Shown: positions 12,201 through 23,960, numbered from the stretch's first letter. The stretch is 64,000 nt of DNA from Epithemia pelagica (GCA_946965045.2 OX337229.1:1426001-1490000), one strand, 5' to 3'. The notes: generated by a model from the letters alone, not told the origin. Numbers and translations: made by a program.

Positions 12201-12736
12201 ACTATCTTATTGTGTTGTTGAGATCCGGACGGGGTGTAGAACTTTGTGCTCGCATAGGGGTTTCCCTCGTCAAGATTCATCAAAACCAGGTAAGGGCATA
12301 AGACACGGGGATTCACGAAGGCGGCCACGACGATAAGCTTTACCTGTCATATTGCGCTCAGCACCGCTACGCTAGCGCTTCAATAAGGATGACTTTACAT
12401 ACCCAAATTTCCGAGCCCCCATACCCAAATCCACCTCTCTTGGAGCCCTGGCCCTGTTCACATGATGAGTCCGGTTGACCAATCTCACACTGGTGCTCTA
12501 TTTTAAATGCTTCTCTGCGACAGATCATGGCCACACCATCGTTGTCTGTTCCTCTACGAGAATTGCATGGTCTGACACAGGTTCGCCTTCGGCAATCCCG
12601 TGATGACGTCGTGGGCTACAACCTCGCTGCTCTGAGACTTGTCGGGAGGACAGCCGAAGGGAAAAGACAGTCAATGAGATTTGGACCCTCCGACGAATCC
12701 AAAGACATATGGGCCGGAATGGGTTTGGGTCACTGA
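9221..12736 (+). CDS. UTP12: WD40-repeat U3 snoRNP protein UTP12/DIP2/WDR3; intron 12290..12523
   Basis: MDHTYLRYE start, many WD repeats (SLYGHKLPVL, SADKTVKVWGLDFGD), C-terminal GYNLAAL after a GTAAG...CAG intron. Confidence 0.92.
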
Positions 12737-13648
12737 AGCTGAATCTTTGATCATGGTAAGCCTACGTTCGTATCATGTTTCCATTTGTACGGCGACGACG
12801 ATACTTTTATCTTCCAGACATTTTCTTTACGTGTTGGACTTAATATGCTTAAATTTCTGAGCACGTGCAATCCGTGATGTATAGTTCGTCGAAGACGGCA
12901 CCCTCACTCACACTCACGTTCAGTTGTCCAATATATCTTTCTGCAGGGAGAACGCAAAGGTACGTTGATCTTGGGTTTCAAGTGAATGACTGTTGCGGTG
13001 AGGAACCAACACTCCTGAAACTAGTTGAGGACATGAACGTGTTCTTACCCATTTCCCGAGCATCAAAACATCACTGTCAGGGGGAAGCCTCGATAACTGA
13101 TACTTGACTCGCTGCTCACACATCGTGTTTTGAACTCTCTCGCTTTGCAGCAAATACCGAGAAAGAGCGGCCAATTGCACTGCACATGGCCTCCGCGAGC
13201 ATGTTGACCATTGCAGATGATAGGGTTCCTCGACGAACCTCCTCGATTAATCATGCATGAGGTAGGATGGATAATAAACGACGGGCATTCCGTAACCAGT
13301 CCAACTAGACTTCTCCTATAAACTATGAAGGTTATGTGCTCTTCCCCTTGTGTGTGTTGTTCACCATGATGCGGTGTGCGGGTGCGCGCGGTCACGCTGC
13401 AGAATGCAGGGCCCAGAACCAGACGGATGTACTTTCTCTTGCACAGTTTGCCAATCGTGCGCGGCCCTTGTGGTTCCTCTTTTTTTGTTCGTCACTTCAC
13501 GTGACCGAGGAGCAACTGGCAACAGCACAACACCACACAAGAGGGACCAGTCAAGCAATCTGTTGGTGAATTCTCTCCGTCGAAACCTGATTCTGAAGAC
13601 CGAATCATTGTGTCGAACACCGCGGCTTTCTGATCAATACAATTAACA

Positions 13649-14326
13649 ATGGATTTGTGCACACGGCGTTTAACCAAAGAACTAAAGGCTCTTGGGAAGG
13701 ATCCTATGAAAGACCCGAAAATCGTTGTTGCACCCAATGAATCGAACATACGGGAGATGCACTATGTTCTCGAGGGATGTGTAAACACTCCTTACGAAGG
13801 AGGGGTATACCATGGAAAGCTGATATTCCCAAGAGAATATCCTCTGAAACCACCATCAGTCCTAATGCTAACGCCAAATGGCCGATTTCAACCCAATCGC
13901 CGCTTGTGCTTAAGCATGTCTGATTTTCATCCAGAGTCTTGGAATCCAATGTGGTCTGTCTCGACAATATTGACTGGCCTATACTCTTTCATGATTGAGA
14001 GTAACCCAACTCTGGGATCGATTGAAACGTCGACCCGCAAGAAGTGTCTTTTGGCCTCTCAAAGTTTGTCGTGGAATGTCAATCACGGTGACCCTCAGTT
14101 TGCCAAGCTTTTCCCAGAATACGTTGAGCTCTACCAGGAGAAACGCCGATTGGCTTCCGAGTCAATGCCATCCACCGATACTGTTTGTTCTACGTCGTCC
14201 AGTTTGGAAAATAGAATTTATGGACGACTTGCAGATGGCGAAGGAAACTTACCGCAAGGTGTTTTTGCAACATTTGCAGGAGTTTTGGCTATTCTTTCAA
14301 TCGTTGCCCTCTATCGCTTTCTATGA
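13649..14326 (+). CDS. UBC6: Ubiquitin-conjugating enzyme E2 J2 (UBC6), tail-anchored
   Basis: TPNGRF...RLCLSMSDFHPESWNPMWSVSTILTGL plus a C-terminal transmembrane helix. Confidence 0.93.
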   Translation: MDLCTRRLTKELKALGKDPMKDPKIVVAPNESNIREMHYVLEGCVNTPYEGGVYHGKLIFPREYPLKPPSVLMLTPNGRFQPNRRLCLSMSDFHPESWNPMWSVSTILTGLYSFMIESNPTLGSIETSTRKKCLLASQSLSWNVNHGDPQFAKLFPEYVELYQEKRRLASESMPSTDTVCSTSSSLENRIYGRLADGEGNLPQGVFATFAGVLAILSIVALYRFL

Positions 14327-14940
14327 GAATGTGGGCTTACCTTTCTTCCATGCGATATAATGTGCGATGATGGAGAAAGGTGCACGTTGGGCACATGGCA
14401 ATTGTAACTTTACACATTCTCTAAATAAATCATTCCTCGACGCATCATTCTTTCCAATGTCATTAGAAGTATGTTGTGGTAAAAGAACAGATTCAAGGTA
14501 CCACTGTATCTGTTTGAAGACAGGAGCGATGCTTAAAATTTGCTCGATGGCCTTGACGCTGTCAGAGTGAAAGCCCACCCATTAACAACCGGTAACCGAG
14601 GATTCTTCCCCATGTATGCATCACACTCGCACCCTTACGGTTATAAGTTATAGGTGGGCAAGGACATCAACGAGGATTCACAGTCGTTTGAGAATGCTGC
14701 TCGCTAGAGAGCTAGCGGAGATACCCTTTTGATAGCATTTTCTTTCGTGTATCCCCCCGAATGATGGCACGGCCCGCGTGGGGGGAAGTCCATGATTCAA
14801 AACGTGACTGGGTTTTACGTCAATTCGCTCCATGCCCGACCGTCACTGTCGTGGTGCCAAAGATACGGGTGAATCCGTCGCAACAAACCAATCCCATTCA
14901 AAACATACATTGACATAAAACTATCCAAAGAATATACAAC

Positions 14941-16994
14941 ATGAAACTTGAATTGTCATTGCATGCCTCGAAATTGAAAAATGTAGCGGGAGCCTTCAAA
15001 GGCACCAGCGATCCCTTTGCTGTGGTGACCCAAATCGCCACCACCAAAGGAGCTAAACCCCATGTTCTGGGCAAGACAGAGGTTTTCAAGAACACGTTGA
15101 ACCCACAATGGGTGAAAATATTTGAATTCGATCACGAGTTGGGATGTCCAACCAAGCTCGCTGTTAGCGTCTACGATGAAGTCAAAAAGTCGGACAACAA
15201 ATTCATGGGAAGCGCCGTCTTTGATGTCGATGAACTCTTGGGTGGGTTGACCGTTGAGACATTCAAAACAGTGCCAACATGAAAGTCTTGCAACAAATTA
15301 TCTCATGTCTATTTTGTGTTTTACAGGTGCTCGAGGAAACACCAAAGCGAAACAATTGAAAACGAAGGGGACTCTTTTCGCGACCGTCCGAAAAGCCAAA
15401 GGTTCTGGATTGCTTCGTTTCAAGATGAAAGGAATCAAACTCAAGAACGTCGAAGGATGGGTCGGAAAGTCCGATCCTTTTCTTGAATTATCTCGCAAAA
15501 CTGATACGGCTGGAGGACAGACCTGGGACAATGTCTTTCGAAGGTAGGTGGATATCTCGTCTCACAAATGCAACGTCTTGGTTGGATCTCGACTCATGTT
15601 GCGAGGCTTTGTTTCGTCGTGATTGAAACCACTATAGTGAAACAGTCAAAAACAACCTCAACCCAGAGTGGCGACCAGCAACAGTGGAACTGAGTAAGCT
15701 TTGTGGTGGTGACTTGGATGCCCCCATCAAAGTATCTGTCTTTGATTACGAGAGCAAGGGTGGACATGTGGCAATGGGATCTTTTGAAACGAGTGTCAAT
15801 GGTATTGTCAATGGTTCGGATAGCAAACAGGAATTTACATTGGTTCAAAAAGGAAAGAATGTTGGGACGATTTCTGTCCTTCAGGCTTCGGTCAGTGGAG
15901 TTTCGGACGATATTGCCAAAACCATGGCAGCCACGTCCATTTCAACCACACCCAGCTCCGATTACTCCTTTGTCGATTACGTCTCTGGTGGGTGTGAATT
16001 GAACGTCATGGTGGCGATCGATTTCACAGGGTCAAACGGGGACCCTCGAAAACCCGGGACCCTACACTACTTACATCGTGGCGAACCCATGGTTCGAAAT
16101 GATTATGAAAAGGTAAGGATTATGAACCGATTGTCGTGTTTCCTGTTGTTCATTGCATTCATCCAGTTTTCTCTTGACTCTTTCCGAAAACCAGGCCATT
16201 GCATCGATTGTGAGTATTTTGAGCAAGTACGACAGTGATCAGATGTACCCCGTTGTCGGTTTTGGCGCAAAGTACGGGGGCGTTGTTCGCCATTGTTTTC
16301 AATGCGGTCCCAATGAAGAGGTTCATGGTGTGGAAGGCGTCCTCGGTGCTTACCATCAGACATTCTCGAGCGGCCTTATTATGAGTGGACCGACCATCTT
16401 TGTAGAAGTCATTGAGATGGCTGCACAGCGGGCAAAGAGCGCTGCTTTGAAGGCTAGCGAAAAGAACTCACAGGCATATTCGATTCTATTGATTATCACG
16501 GATGGTGCCGTATCGGATCCCTCTGCTACTGCGGAGGCGGTCGGACGAGTTGCGGATGCGCCACTTTCCATTGTCATTGTGGGCGTGGGCAACGCTGACT
16601 TTTCATCGATGCAGTTCTTGGATGATATGCATCGAGCAGGTGAAAGGGTACGTGGATTGGAAAGTAACAATGGTTTTTACAGGTTGTAACTTGTCTCATG
16701 TTGACCATCTTATCTTTTGTCCAGGATCTGGTCCAGTTTGTGCAATTCAACAAGCATTGTCACAATAGTGTAGAGCTTACCCAACAAACTTTGCACGAGA
16801 TTCCAACGCAACTTGAAGGCCATTTCAAAAGTCGTGGTATTGCTCCACTCCCTGCCGTAAACGCAGCTGAAGGAGAAATAATCGTTGAGGAGGAGGAAGA
16901 AGAAATTGATCTTTCACTGGACATTACAGACGATGAAATTGTCGTGACTGGCGGCGGGGATAGTTGGGTGGATGGGTTCAACGCCTCACGTTAG
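14941..16994 (+). CDS. Copine (C2-C2-vWA), multi-exon
   Basis: C2 motifs SDPFAVV/KNTLNPQW and KSDPFLE/KNNLNPEW. vWA motifs VAIDFTGSNGDP, LIITDGAV, SIVIVGVGNADF, DLVQFV. Several GT-AG introns (e.g. 15242..15326). Confidence 0.92.
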
Positions 16995-17075
16995 TTTGGT
17001 CACATATCTTCTTGTTTAGTGAATTGCTCTTCGTAGATGTTTTCCAACTAGGTAGGACCAAATACAAAATTGTTG

Positions 17076-18530
17076 CTAGTCTTCATCACCACCATCAGTG
17101 TCTTGCTCCTGTTGATTTTCGTCTTCGTCGTCCTTCACTTCTTCTCCCACGTTGATGGACAAAGCGTCCATGGCCAAGTCCAGTAGTAAAAGCTCTCCCG
17201 ATCGAGTCGACCTATGTAGCTCTTCCATGTTGACGTTATACATGATTGATACCAGTCTGTTACATATCACGACTTCCTCTTCCCCCGCTGGGTCATCCTT
17301 TGATGGTTCCAGATGTAACCTGGTGAGTTCGGGCAAAGCCGAGACATTTGGTTGTGTCCAGGTCCATTTGAAATATAGCCGCTTGTCCTCAATGCTTTGG
17401 GTTGTTGGATCTGATACGGGACAAAGCTTGTCGCAAATTTCATCATCCAGAATTTCAGCATCCAAGGGGCAATGGTTCACCCAAATATTGACAAGTAAAG
17501 TGATTCGTTGCGAGCATGTGACTGTTTTGGGACGTTTGCTTTGTCGATCACTGCCATCCTCCTCAGGTTGAGACATGGCCATGGGAGGGAAGAAGGTTGC
17601 TGGTGCTCCATGCAGTAGTCTTCCATCAAAGGCAATATGCTTTCCGACTTGAGGGTGTGATATCCACACTTTTGAAACGGAACCTTGCAAGCTTGTCTTT
17701 TGCACATCTTGCATCGGTGGAGACCGTCGATCCAGAACCACAGTGGGAGCTCCTCGATTTGTCAGGTAAGTGACGGTAGCCACACGCGGATGAAGAAGTA
17801 AATTGGGCGACTGATCTTCCAAGCCATAATCAGCATCTAAATGCATACCAACCTCATCTTCATCCGCTTCTTCTTCTTCTTCTTCTTCGTCATCGTCTTT
17901 TTCGCTGCTGTCACGTTTCTTAGTTGTATCTGCGACAGGTTGGCCTGACTCCTTCTCCTTGTCCGTGTCCAAAACCAGTGTCCACCACTCCGCACCAGAC
18001 TGTTCAGGTATCATAACACCCTCCTCCAGACTTTGTGTGTGTGCCTGAAAGATTTTTTGAACCATGGCCTCCAACGCACATCGTGGTTTCATTTGACAGG
18101 GAAGAAAATAGGTTTCGCCCGCGGAATAGGCAGCATCTTCATTTCGCGTACGGGCTGAAAAGACTGTTCGACAATCCTGCCACAACCGTTCTTCATTATC
18201 AAACTCAAAGCACTGATCCTGACCCCAAAAGTCAAATTTCGGTAGAGGCTCTTCACCTTCAATCCATGGAGAAGTTATCTCGGCCGTATCTTTGTTGTCG
18301 GCATCGGACGAATCAATCCCCTCAGCCTCACTTTTGTCAATCATTTTCGTCTTCTTCTCCTCCTTCTGGCGTGGTAGACGAAGGGCAGGGAATCCATCTC
18401 GTATGACAAAATCATTGGCCGACTCTCGGCGTGGGGCATCGTGGTCGTCGTTGTCGTCGCCCATGGTATGCTGATCGTTAATTTTGTTGTTGTCGTGCGC
18501 CAAAGATCGTTCGATGCGAATCGGTCGCAT
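17076..18530 (-). CDS. Putative 2OG-Fe(II) oxygenase-like protein (likely start MGDDND near 18464)
   Basis: HLD...HPRVATVTYL...HIAFDGRLLHG...RITLLVNIW matches the HxD...H...R double-stranded beta-helix pattern. Confidence 0.6.
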   Translation of the reverse strand: MRPIRIERSLAHDNNKINDQHTMGDDNDDHDAPRRESANDFVIRDGFPALRLPRQKEEKKTKMIDKSEAEGIDSSDADNKDTAEITSPWIEGEEPLPKFDFWGQDQCFEFDNEERLWQDCRTVFSARTRNEDAAYSAGETYFLPCQMKPRCALEAMVQKIFQAHTQSLEEGVMIPEQSGAEWWTLVLDTDKEKESGQPVADTTKKRDSSEKDDDEEEEEEEADEDEVGMHLDADYGLEDQSPNLLLHPRVATVTYLTNRGAPTVVLDRRSPPMQDVQKTSLQGSVSKVWISHPQVGKHIAFDGRLLHGAPATFFPPMAMSQPEEDGSDRQSKRPKTVTCSQRITLLVNIWVNHCPLDAEILDDEICDKLCPVSDPTTQSIEDKRLYFKWTWTQPNVSALPELTRLHLEPSKDDPAGEEEVVICNRLVSIMYNVNMEELHRSTRSGELLLLDLAMDALSINVGEEVKDDEDENQQEQDTDGGDED

Positions 18531-19887
18531 TTACGTGGATCCACTTTCTCGGTCGCGCCCATCACAAAAAAAAGACCCGACGTCGAACACCTCCATCATG
18601 GCCATGCTCAATCAACGGAGATTATTGGAGAGACAAGAACTCCAGAAGTTGCCCAATATCCTGTCTCGGCAGAGGACGACAAGAAACAAAGATAGCGGAC
18701 CTCATTCGTGGTCTACAGCGGCGTTTGGCGGCTTTGCACTGACAGTGTTGTCGGTCGGCTTTGCGCTCTTGTACTCCAAAGCATGGATCGCTACCACACA
18801 GGACGATCTTGTTCTTCTTTTGGAGACACAGGCATCAGAAGCACCATCCAGACCAGTTGGTCCTGAGGGGCGGAAGAAACGATTAGCGGTGGTGGTGGCA
18901 GGATCGTTCTTGAGATTCTCTCTAACGTCCTTTCTCGACAACGTCGTGCCAAGTGTGGTTCAGCAAGGCCACTCTTTAGACTACTTTGTTTCCTTGACTA
19001 TTGAGAATGCACCAGCATACAGAGCAGATGCGGGGTACATGAACTATCTTACATGGGATCCCATCTTTGGGGAAACCATGCCGTCCAGTGATCAAATCAA
19101 ATCGACCCTCTTGACTCAATTCTCCAATTACACCAAAGCAAGCGTAAATCATGTTGAAATACAACCTTCCGTTGACATCAATGTCATTCCAGAGGTTGTA
19201 TCCAAGAGAAGAAATGCCAAACAGGATCACCCAAACGATGAAGACCTGGACTTGCGCTTTCCAATGCTAGATTTGCGTGCCAAAGCTCGCTCACGTACGG
19301 CAAACGCCAACCGCAACATGCTTCGCCTCTTTTGGAATCAACAACAGCTTTGGCGCAAACTTGTCGCGTTTGAAAAGAAAGAGGGGATCACGTATGATTA
19401 TGTCATGGTAATGAGAGACGATACAGAGTGGCTAGAGACTTTTGATTTCGACTTGCTATTGGACCAGAACCGGGATGCCTACGTTTATATTCCATCCTGT
19501 GATGCACGAAATCCTCCGTTGCACCCATTGGAGATCAACGATCACATTGTACTGGCGAAACGCTCTGCCGCAAACATTTTCGGTGATTACTTTTCTGTTC
19601 TGTTTCGACCAAATATAACTCAAGAATGTACGGAACGCTTACAAAAGCAGTTCCCAAAGGCCTTTACAGAGCGCGGCTGTAACAGTGAAATGATACTCCG
19701 ATATGCGCTAGAACAAGAAGAAATGCAGCTCACGTTCGTGGGACAACAATACATCCCAATTCAACGCGTAGCCCGTGTGAAAAGAAAACAAGGTGTAGAA
19801 ACATGCTTCCATAAGTACTGTCAGAGTGTCGACCGGCCCTTAGATGATCACGGTCTTAGGAAATGTGCACTTCTAAGTGAGTTTTGA
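18484..19887 (+). CDS. Type II membrane protein, glycosyltransferase-like
   Basis: One N-terminal TM helix followed by a luminal domain with YDYVMVMRDD and INDH motifs. Confidence 0.55.
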   Translation: MLLSCAKDRSMRIGRIYVDPLSRSRPSQKKDPTSNTSIMAMLNQRRLLERQELQKLPNILSRQRTTRNKDSGPHSWSTAAFGGFALTVLSVGFALLYSKAWIATTQDDLVLLLETQASEAPSRPVGPEGRKKRLAVVVAGSFLRFSLTSFLDNVVPSVVQQGHSLDYFVSLTIENAPAYRADAGYMNYLTWDPIFGETMPSSDQIKSTLLTQFSNYTKASVNHVEIQPSVDINVIPEVVSKRRNAKQDHPNDEDLDLRFPMLDLRAKARSRTANANRNMLRLFWNQQQLWRKLVAFEKKEGITYDYVMVMRDDTEWLETFDFDLLLDQNRDAYVYIPSCDARNPPLHPLEINDHIVLAKRSAANIFGDYFSVLFRPNITQECTERLQKQFPKAFTERGCNSEMILRYALEQEEMQLTFVGQQYIPIQRVARVKRKQGVETCFHKYCQSVDRPLDDHGLRKCALLSEF

Positions 19888-20094
19888 TCAAATTAGAATA
19901 GTCTCTCCTGTGTTCTATGGAAATTTGGCGGAGCAGGTGCTTAGATAGGAGCTAGAGCTAGGGCAGCTTTCAAAGGAAAGCTACCATGGACCATCGATCT
20001 AAGAAAGCGACGCAGGCGCGACTTCCCAAAGCTTATACTCCTTCGCGGTATCACAACATCCAATCAACACCCTGAACTGTGGACAGACGTACAC

Positions 20095-20976
20095 GTGTTA
20101 GAGGAGGAGTTAATTGAACCTCGTTCATCGCGCCACCACATTTTTTCGACTCCTTTCAACCACACAATGATCATCTCCCTTCCTGGAGTTCCAAATTACA
20201 TCACAAGGGAGGGGTTTCTGGTTCTTGCATTGATTCTTATCTCGTCGCGTTCTTGCGGGTATATGGCATGTGGCTTCAATTTGGGGCGTTATAGAGAAGC
20301 ACCATGCATTCGATTGAAACCATTCATGCTAGCATCACAAAGAGAAGATGACAACATTAAGGACACAGGCGAAGAGTTCCGAAAGACTGCATCGAAACTT
20401 AGACAGGAGGCATTTGAACTAGAAAAGAAACTGCGTGAGGGCAAGGAATCGGCGGGTCAAGGGAAAGAGCAAGGTCGAGACTCTGTCCCTCTCCCTCCAA
20501 AGTACAGTGATGTGAGGGACTCTGTGTGGACTATTTCCTACCTGTTTGCCTCCGAGCCACAGCCAAAGAACGCCAACGAACAAGAAATTATTAAAACAAC
20601 AAGATATGGAGGAAAATTGACCTTACATTTCAAGCCTGATGGATATACTGATGTGATCTCTCATGAATCAGACGGCAGTTTAGATATATTGAAGGCATGG
20701 GGGTGGGATCTCGAAACTTCCAACGACGACGGCAACGAATACATAGTTTTTAGCATCGACGCTCTTGGGGCTGGTGGCTCAAAACAACGATTCTACATGC
20801 AAGCTAAAAGCGAGACGGACGCTGGCGAAATTACTCTTAGCGGAGGAACTGTGACTGTCAAACAGGATGTTACAGAGACCGGTTCAAGGTGGGGTCTCTT
20901 TTCACCCAAGGGTATTTTAGCGGAGTTTAGATACGTCGGTGACTTCATTGCACGACCTGCTACGATCAACTTGTAA
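20095..20976 (+). CDS. Hypothetical protein, probable plastid-type leader (likely ATG 20168)
   Basis: Hydrophobic leader ending AC-GF, then a coiled coil and a beta-rich domain. No recognised family. Confidence 0.65.
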   Translation: MLEEELIEPRSSRHHIFSTPFNHTMIISLPGVPNYITREGFLVLALILISSRSCGYMACGFNLGRYREAPCIRLKPFMLASQREDDNIKDTGEEFRKTASKLRQEAFELEKKLREGKESAGQGKEQGRDSVPLPPKYSDVRDSVWTISYLFASEPQPKNANEQEIIKTTRYGGKLTLHFKPDGYTDVISHESDGSLDILKAWGWDLETSNDDGNEYIVFSIDALGAGGSKQRFYMQAKSETDAGEITLSGGTVTVKQDVTETGSRWGLFSPKGILAEFRYVGDFIARPATINL

Positions 20977-21008
20977 TTGTTATTGTTAACTGCAATCATT
21001 CGACACGA

Positions 21009-21773
21009 TCATACCTCTTTCACCTTGAAGTAGCTTACAAGTTCGGCGAACCCGGGTGCAAGAATCATGTCAGCTCCACATTCGGTCATTGCTACGCTCA
21101 AAGGAGACAACGGATGGGCCTCCCCCTTTTCCTCCTGTGCTTTCGCAGCTTCGGGAGTTGTAACACCGACACCACTGCAACCTGCTGCAACTGCCGAACG
21201 AATGTCGTCGGGTGTATCGCCAACAAGAACCACGCCTTTGCTTGGTTGAATTCCAAGTTGTTTGCAAATATGTTGGACAGGATAAGGATCCGGTTTCTTG
21301 GGACCATCCTCGGCACAGTATGAAAAGTCAAAGAATTCTTCAAGAGCCATGTCACGAAGAAACTTTAAGCAGTCCGACCTGGGTCTCCCTGTGACGATCC
21401 CCATGCCACCTTTTGATCGTTTCCGAAGCTCTACCAAAGTCTCACGTGTAGGTATTAAAGTCTCTAGTTTGTACAGGCCGTCTGTACTTTCTGTCCCTTG
21501 ATAGAAGTCTTCAAATGTCTTTGTTACCTCGTCAAGGGTCACGTCTTTTCGCCCGTCGGCATCATCCAGGATCATGTTTCGTGACAAGGTCCAGTCGCAG
21601 TTTGCATTTCCACGAATCTTCCACTCAGTGACGAGGTCGTCAGTCACCGATTTCGCCCCATAGTGATGACAAGTTAGCACGATTGCAGCTCGATAGGACT
21701 TTGAGACTTCAGCTAGAACTCCATCCATGTCCAAAAGCAGAGTCTCATATTTTGGAGTCGTTGTTGTCGTCAT
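21009..21773 (-). CDS. HAD-superfamily subfamily IA hydrolase, TIGR01548-like
   Basis: LLLDMDGVLAEVSKSYRAAI, VTGRPRSD, KKPDP, VGDTPDDI. Confidence 0.85.
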   Translation of the reverse strand: MTTTTTPKYETLLLDMDGVLAEVSKSYRAAIVLTCHHYGAKSVTDDLVTEWKIRGNANCDWTLSRNMILDDADGRKDVTLDEVTKTFEDFYQGTESTDGLYKLETLIPTRETLVELRKRSKGGMGIVTGRPRSDCLKFLRDMALEEFFDFSYCAEDGPKKPDPYPVQHICKQLGIQPSKGVVLVGDTPDDIRSAVAAGCSGVGVTTPEAAKAQEEKGEAHPLSPLSVAMTECGADMILAPGFAELVSYFKVKEV

Positions 21774-22113
21774 GATCTATTGTGTGGTCGAAGTTGGTGC
21801 GAACAGGTTCGAACTTCGAACGAGTATGCGGAGGCTCTTGACTAACTGCATCCACGACCCAAATATCTACATGTTGCCTCTAGCTACTACGGGTCGGAAC
21901 AAGGAATGGAGTAAACACGTGAAAAAAGCAAACAACAAACAACAAACAAAATATCACAGAGAGTGATTATCTCGATGGTTAATGCTACATCTAGAGGATT
22001 TTTATAAAATTATCCGTCAACTGGTCATAGTTTTTGGAGCCTGCAAACAAGAATTGTTTGCTTCGATGGTTAAGATCGCAAATGATTATGAACAAGGCGA
22101 AAGGAAATGATGA

Positions 22114-23766
22114 TTAAGACGCAGCAAATATAGTTGTCGACGGATAAAAATGATTTGGTGTGCTCCCCTTGGTACCGACAGAATCAGATACAGAACTCAC
22201 GATGGACAACGGAAGCACCGGAGTATGTTCCGGGCTCAGAATTTTTCCTGCGTCAGAACTGATTACGTTAAGCGCTTGAGTTGAGACCCTGAGGTCTTGG
22301 TTGCTTCTCTCAGAATGCCTTGAACACATATCAATACCGCAGAACAAGTTCGCGATGGCCCCCATCTGTAGTTCAGATGCTGTCTTTGCTTTGTCTTCAG
22401 AAATGATTTCTTCTAGGACCCCGCTACTACGCCCAGATTTTGTTCCATCTTTTGGAGTCCCTTCGGTTGAATTTTCGTCGTGACCTGATGGAAGGATCAA
22501 GCTTATTTTTCGATCTATGGATTTAATCATATCCGGATCTTTCGAACCTCCCCCAGTTTCTTTCTGATCCACTAACAGGTTTTTCCCACTTTTTTCATCA
22601 AAGCTTTCTCCGAGTAGCTCATTCAAGACCTCTTTGAAAATACGTTCATCAGCTTCTCTCTGTTCAACTTCGCGTTCGCTCGCTTTTCTCAGCATACTTT
22701 GAGGCAGAACTCGAACTCCCAGCTGGAGTATCGCATTATCGTCAAGTTCATAGCTTTCCTTGGGAAAGTTTGCGAAACCAGATTTTTGCCTTCTTCTCGT
22801 TCGTTTCTTCGAACTTGAGAAGTGTCGGTCGAAAGATGAAGTTCCAGGTCTTGGAAGTCGCACTGGTGTATTATGTATGACTTCTTCCTCTTCGTCACCC
22901 GTGATGACAAATGAAGTCACCCCCAGGGGAATGAGGTCTTTGCCTCTCCCTACGAAAACACATAGTTCAATTGTTTCATGGACGTGAGTTGATACCTTCG
23001 CCATCTTCGCAGTAAGGTACTGTTGCTGTCTCATAACGCGGGCCACAGTAAATGTATGTGTGTCGTTCGTGTTGAGCTCATTGCCCTCCTCCCACCCGGG
23101 CCACCGCGCTGCGTATTCTAAAGTTCTCGCTTCGGGTCGGCTGAGCATATAAAGTGGTCGACTTGGAACATACGTTTCCATGGTGGTACCGGAACTGAAA
23201 ATATTCTTTCCATAAGACACCACAGCAGTGAGAGGAGGCAGAGCTTTCTTTCCGAACGCAGTCACCGAGTCTGATGACATAGTGCTTGAAGGATTAATCT
23301 CATGGTTGTCTGTAACCTTCGGAGATTTCTTTTCTTTTTTGGAAATATCAGTCTGATGAGTTTCCTTGACCTTTTTTGATTTCTTTTCCTTCGGAAAGGA
23401 CTTTGGATTCCTTTGCTTTTTATCCTTCATATGCTTCTCTTTTACATTTTGTGTACGGCACAAGATTCCTGTGACTCCATACAGAGTAATGCTTACTTGC
23501 ATGAGATCAAATGTCGGATTTGCAGGGTGAAATGTAGTATCCGAAATAGACCCGGCATTCGTTGCTTCGGTTAAACTTCCTTCATCGGCTTTTTGTATGG
23601 TAATTGCATGAACTGGCGGGCATGTTTGACTCTGTGGTTCTTTGTCATCGGTCATTTTACCATACCAAGGGAAGGACAGAGCCTTATGTTTCACCTGTTT
23701 GCCGAAACAAATGACAGCCCATTGCAGGGTGCATTTCTTGACTTTCAGCGAAAATGTGGCGCTCAT
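22114..23766 (-). CDS. Hypothetical protein with a possible C2-like beta region
   Basis: 550-aa ORF with alternating beta-like segments (VSITLYGVTGI, IELCVFVG...PLGVTSFVI) and low-complexity linkers. Confidence 0.6.
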   Translation of the reverse strand: MSATFSLKVKKCTLQWAVICFGKQVKHKALSFPWYGKMTDDKEPQSQTCPPVHAITIQKADEGSLTEATNAGSISDTTFHPANPTFDLMQVSITLYGVTGILCRTQNVKEKHMKDKKQRNPKSFPKEKKSKKVKETHQTDISKKEKKSPKVTDNHEINPSSTMSSDSVTAFGKKALPPLTAVVSYGKNIFSSGTTMETYVPSRPLYMLSRPEARTLEYAARWPGWEEGNELNTNDTHTFTVARVMRQQQYLTAKMAKVSTHVHETIELCVFVGRGKDLIPLGVTSFVITGDEEEEVIHNTPVRLPRPGTSSFDRHFSSSKKRTRRRQKSGFANFPKESYELDDNAILQLGVRVLPQSMLRKASEREVEQREADERIFKEVLNELLGESFDEKSGKNLLVDQKETGGGSKDPDMIKSIDRKISLILPSGHDENSTEGTPKDGTKSGRSSGVLEEIISEDKAKTASELQMGAIANLFCGIDMCSRHSERSNQDLRVSTQALNVISSDAGKILSPEHTPVLPLSIVSSVSDSVGTKGSTPNHFYPSTTIFAAS

Positions 23767-23879
23767 CAGCGAGAAAGGAGGGGTGGTTTCGTCGGCACGC
23801 GTTCGTAAGAAGTCGCATCCTCCAGTTTTATACTGTCAGTCCGTCTGTCCACTGTCCACGCATATCCTTCTCCTCTCTA

Positions 23880-23960
23880 TGTAGCTCGACTCCTTGTAGT
23901 AGTAGGACTGGAGTTCCTGACCCTCTATTGTAGAGCTCTAGCTAGAGGAGTAGTAGAGAG
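23880..23960. repeat. CTAG/GTAG-rich low-complexity tract
   Basis: gtagtagtagg...tctagctagaggagtagtagagag. Confidence 0.6.

Noticed and set aside
12452-12523. Box C/D snoRNA in the UTP12 intron
   Set aside because: ATGATGA is present but there is no CTGA D box anywhere in the intron.
12865-13600. Several short ORFs and a possible GTAAG...CAG intron between UTP12 and UBC6
   Set aside because: I could not assemble a coherent protein, so the region is left unannotated.
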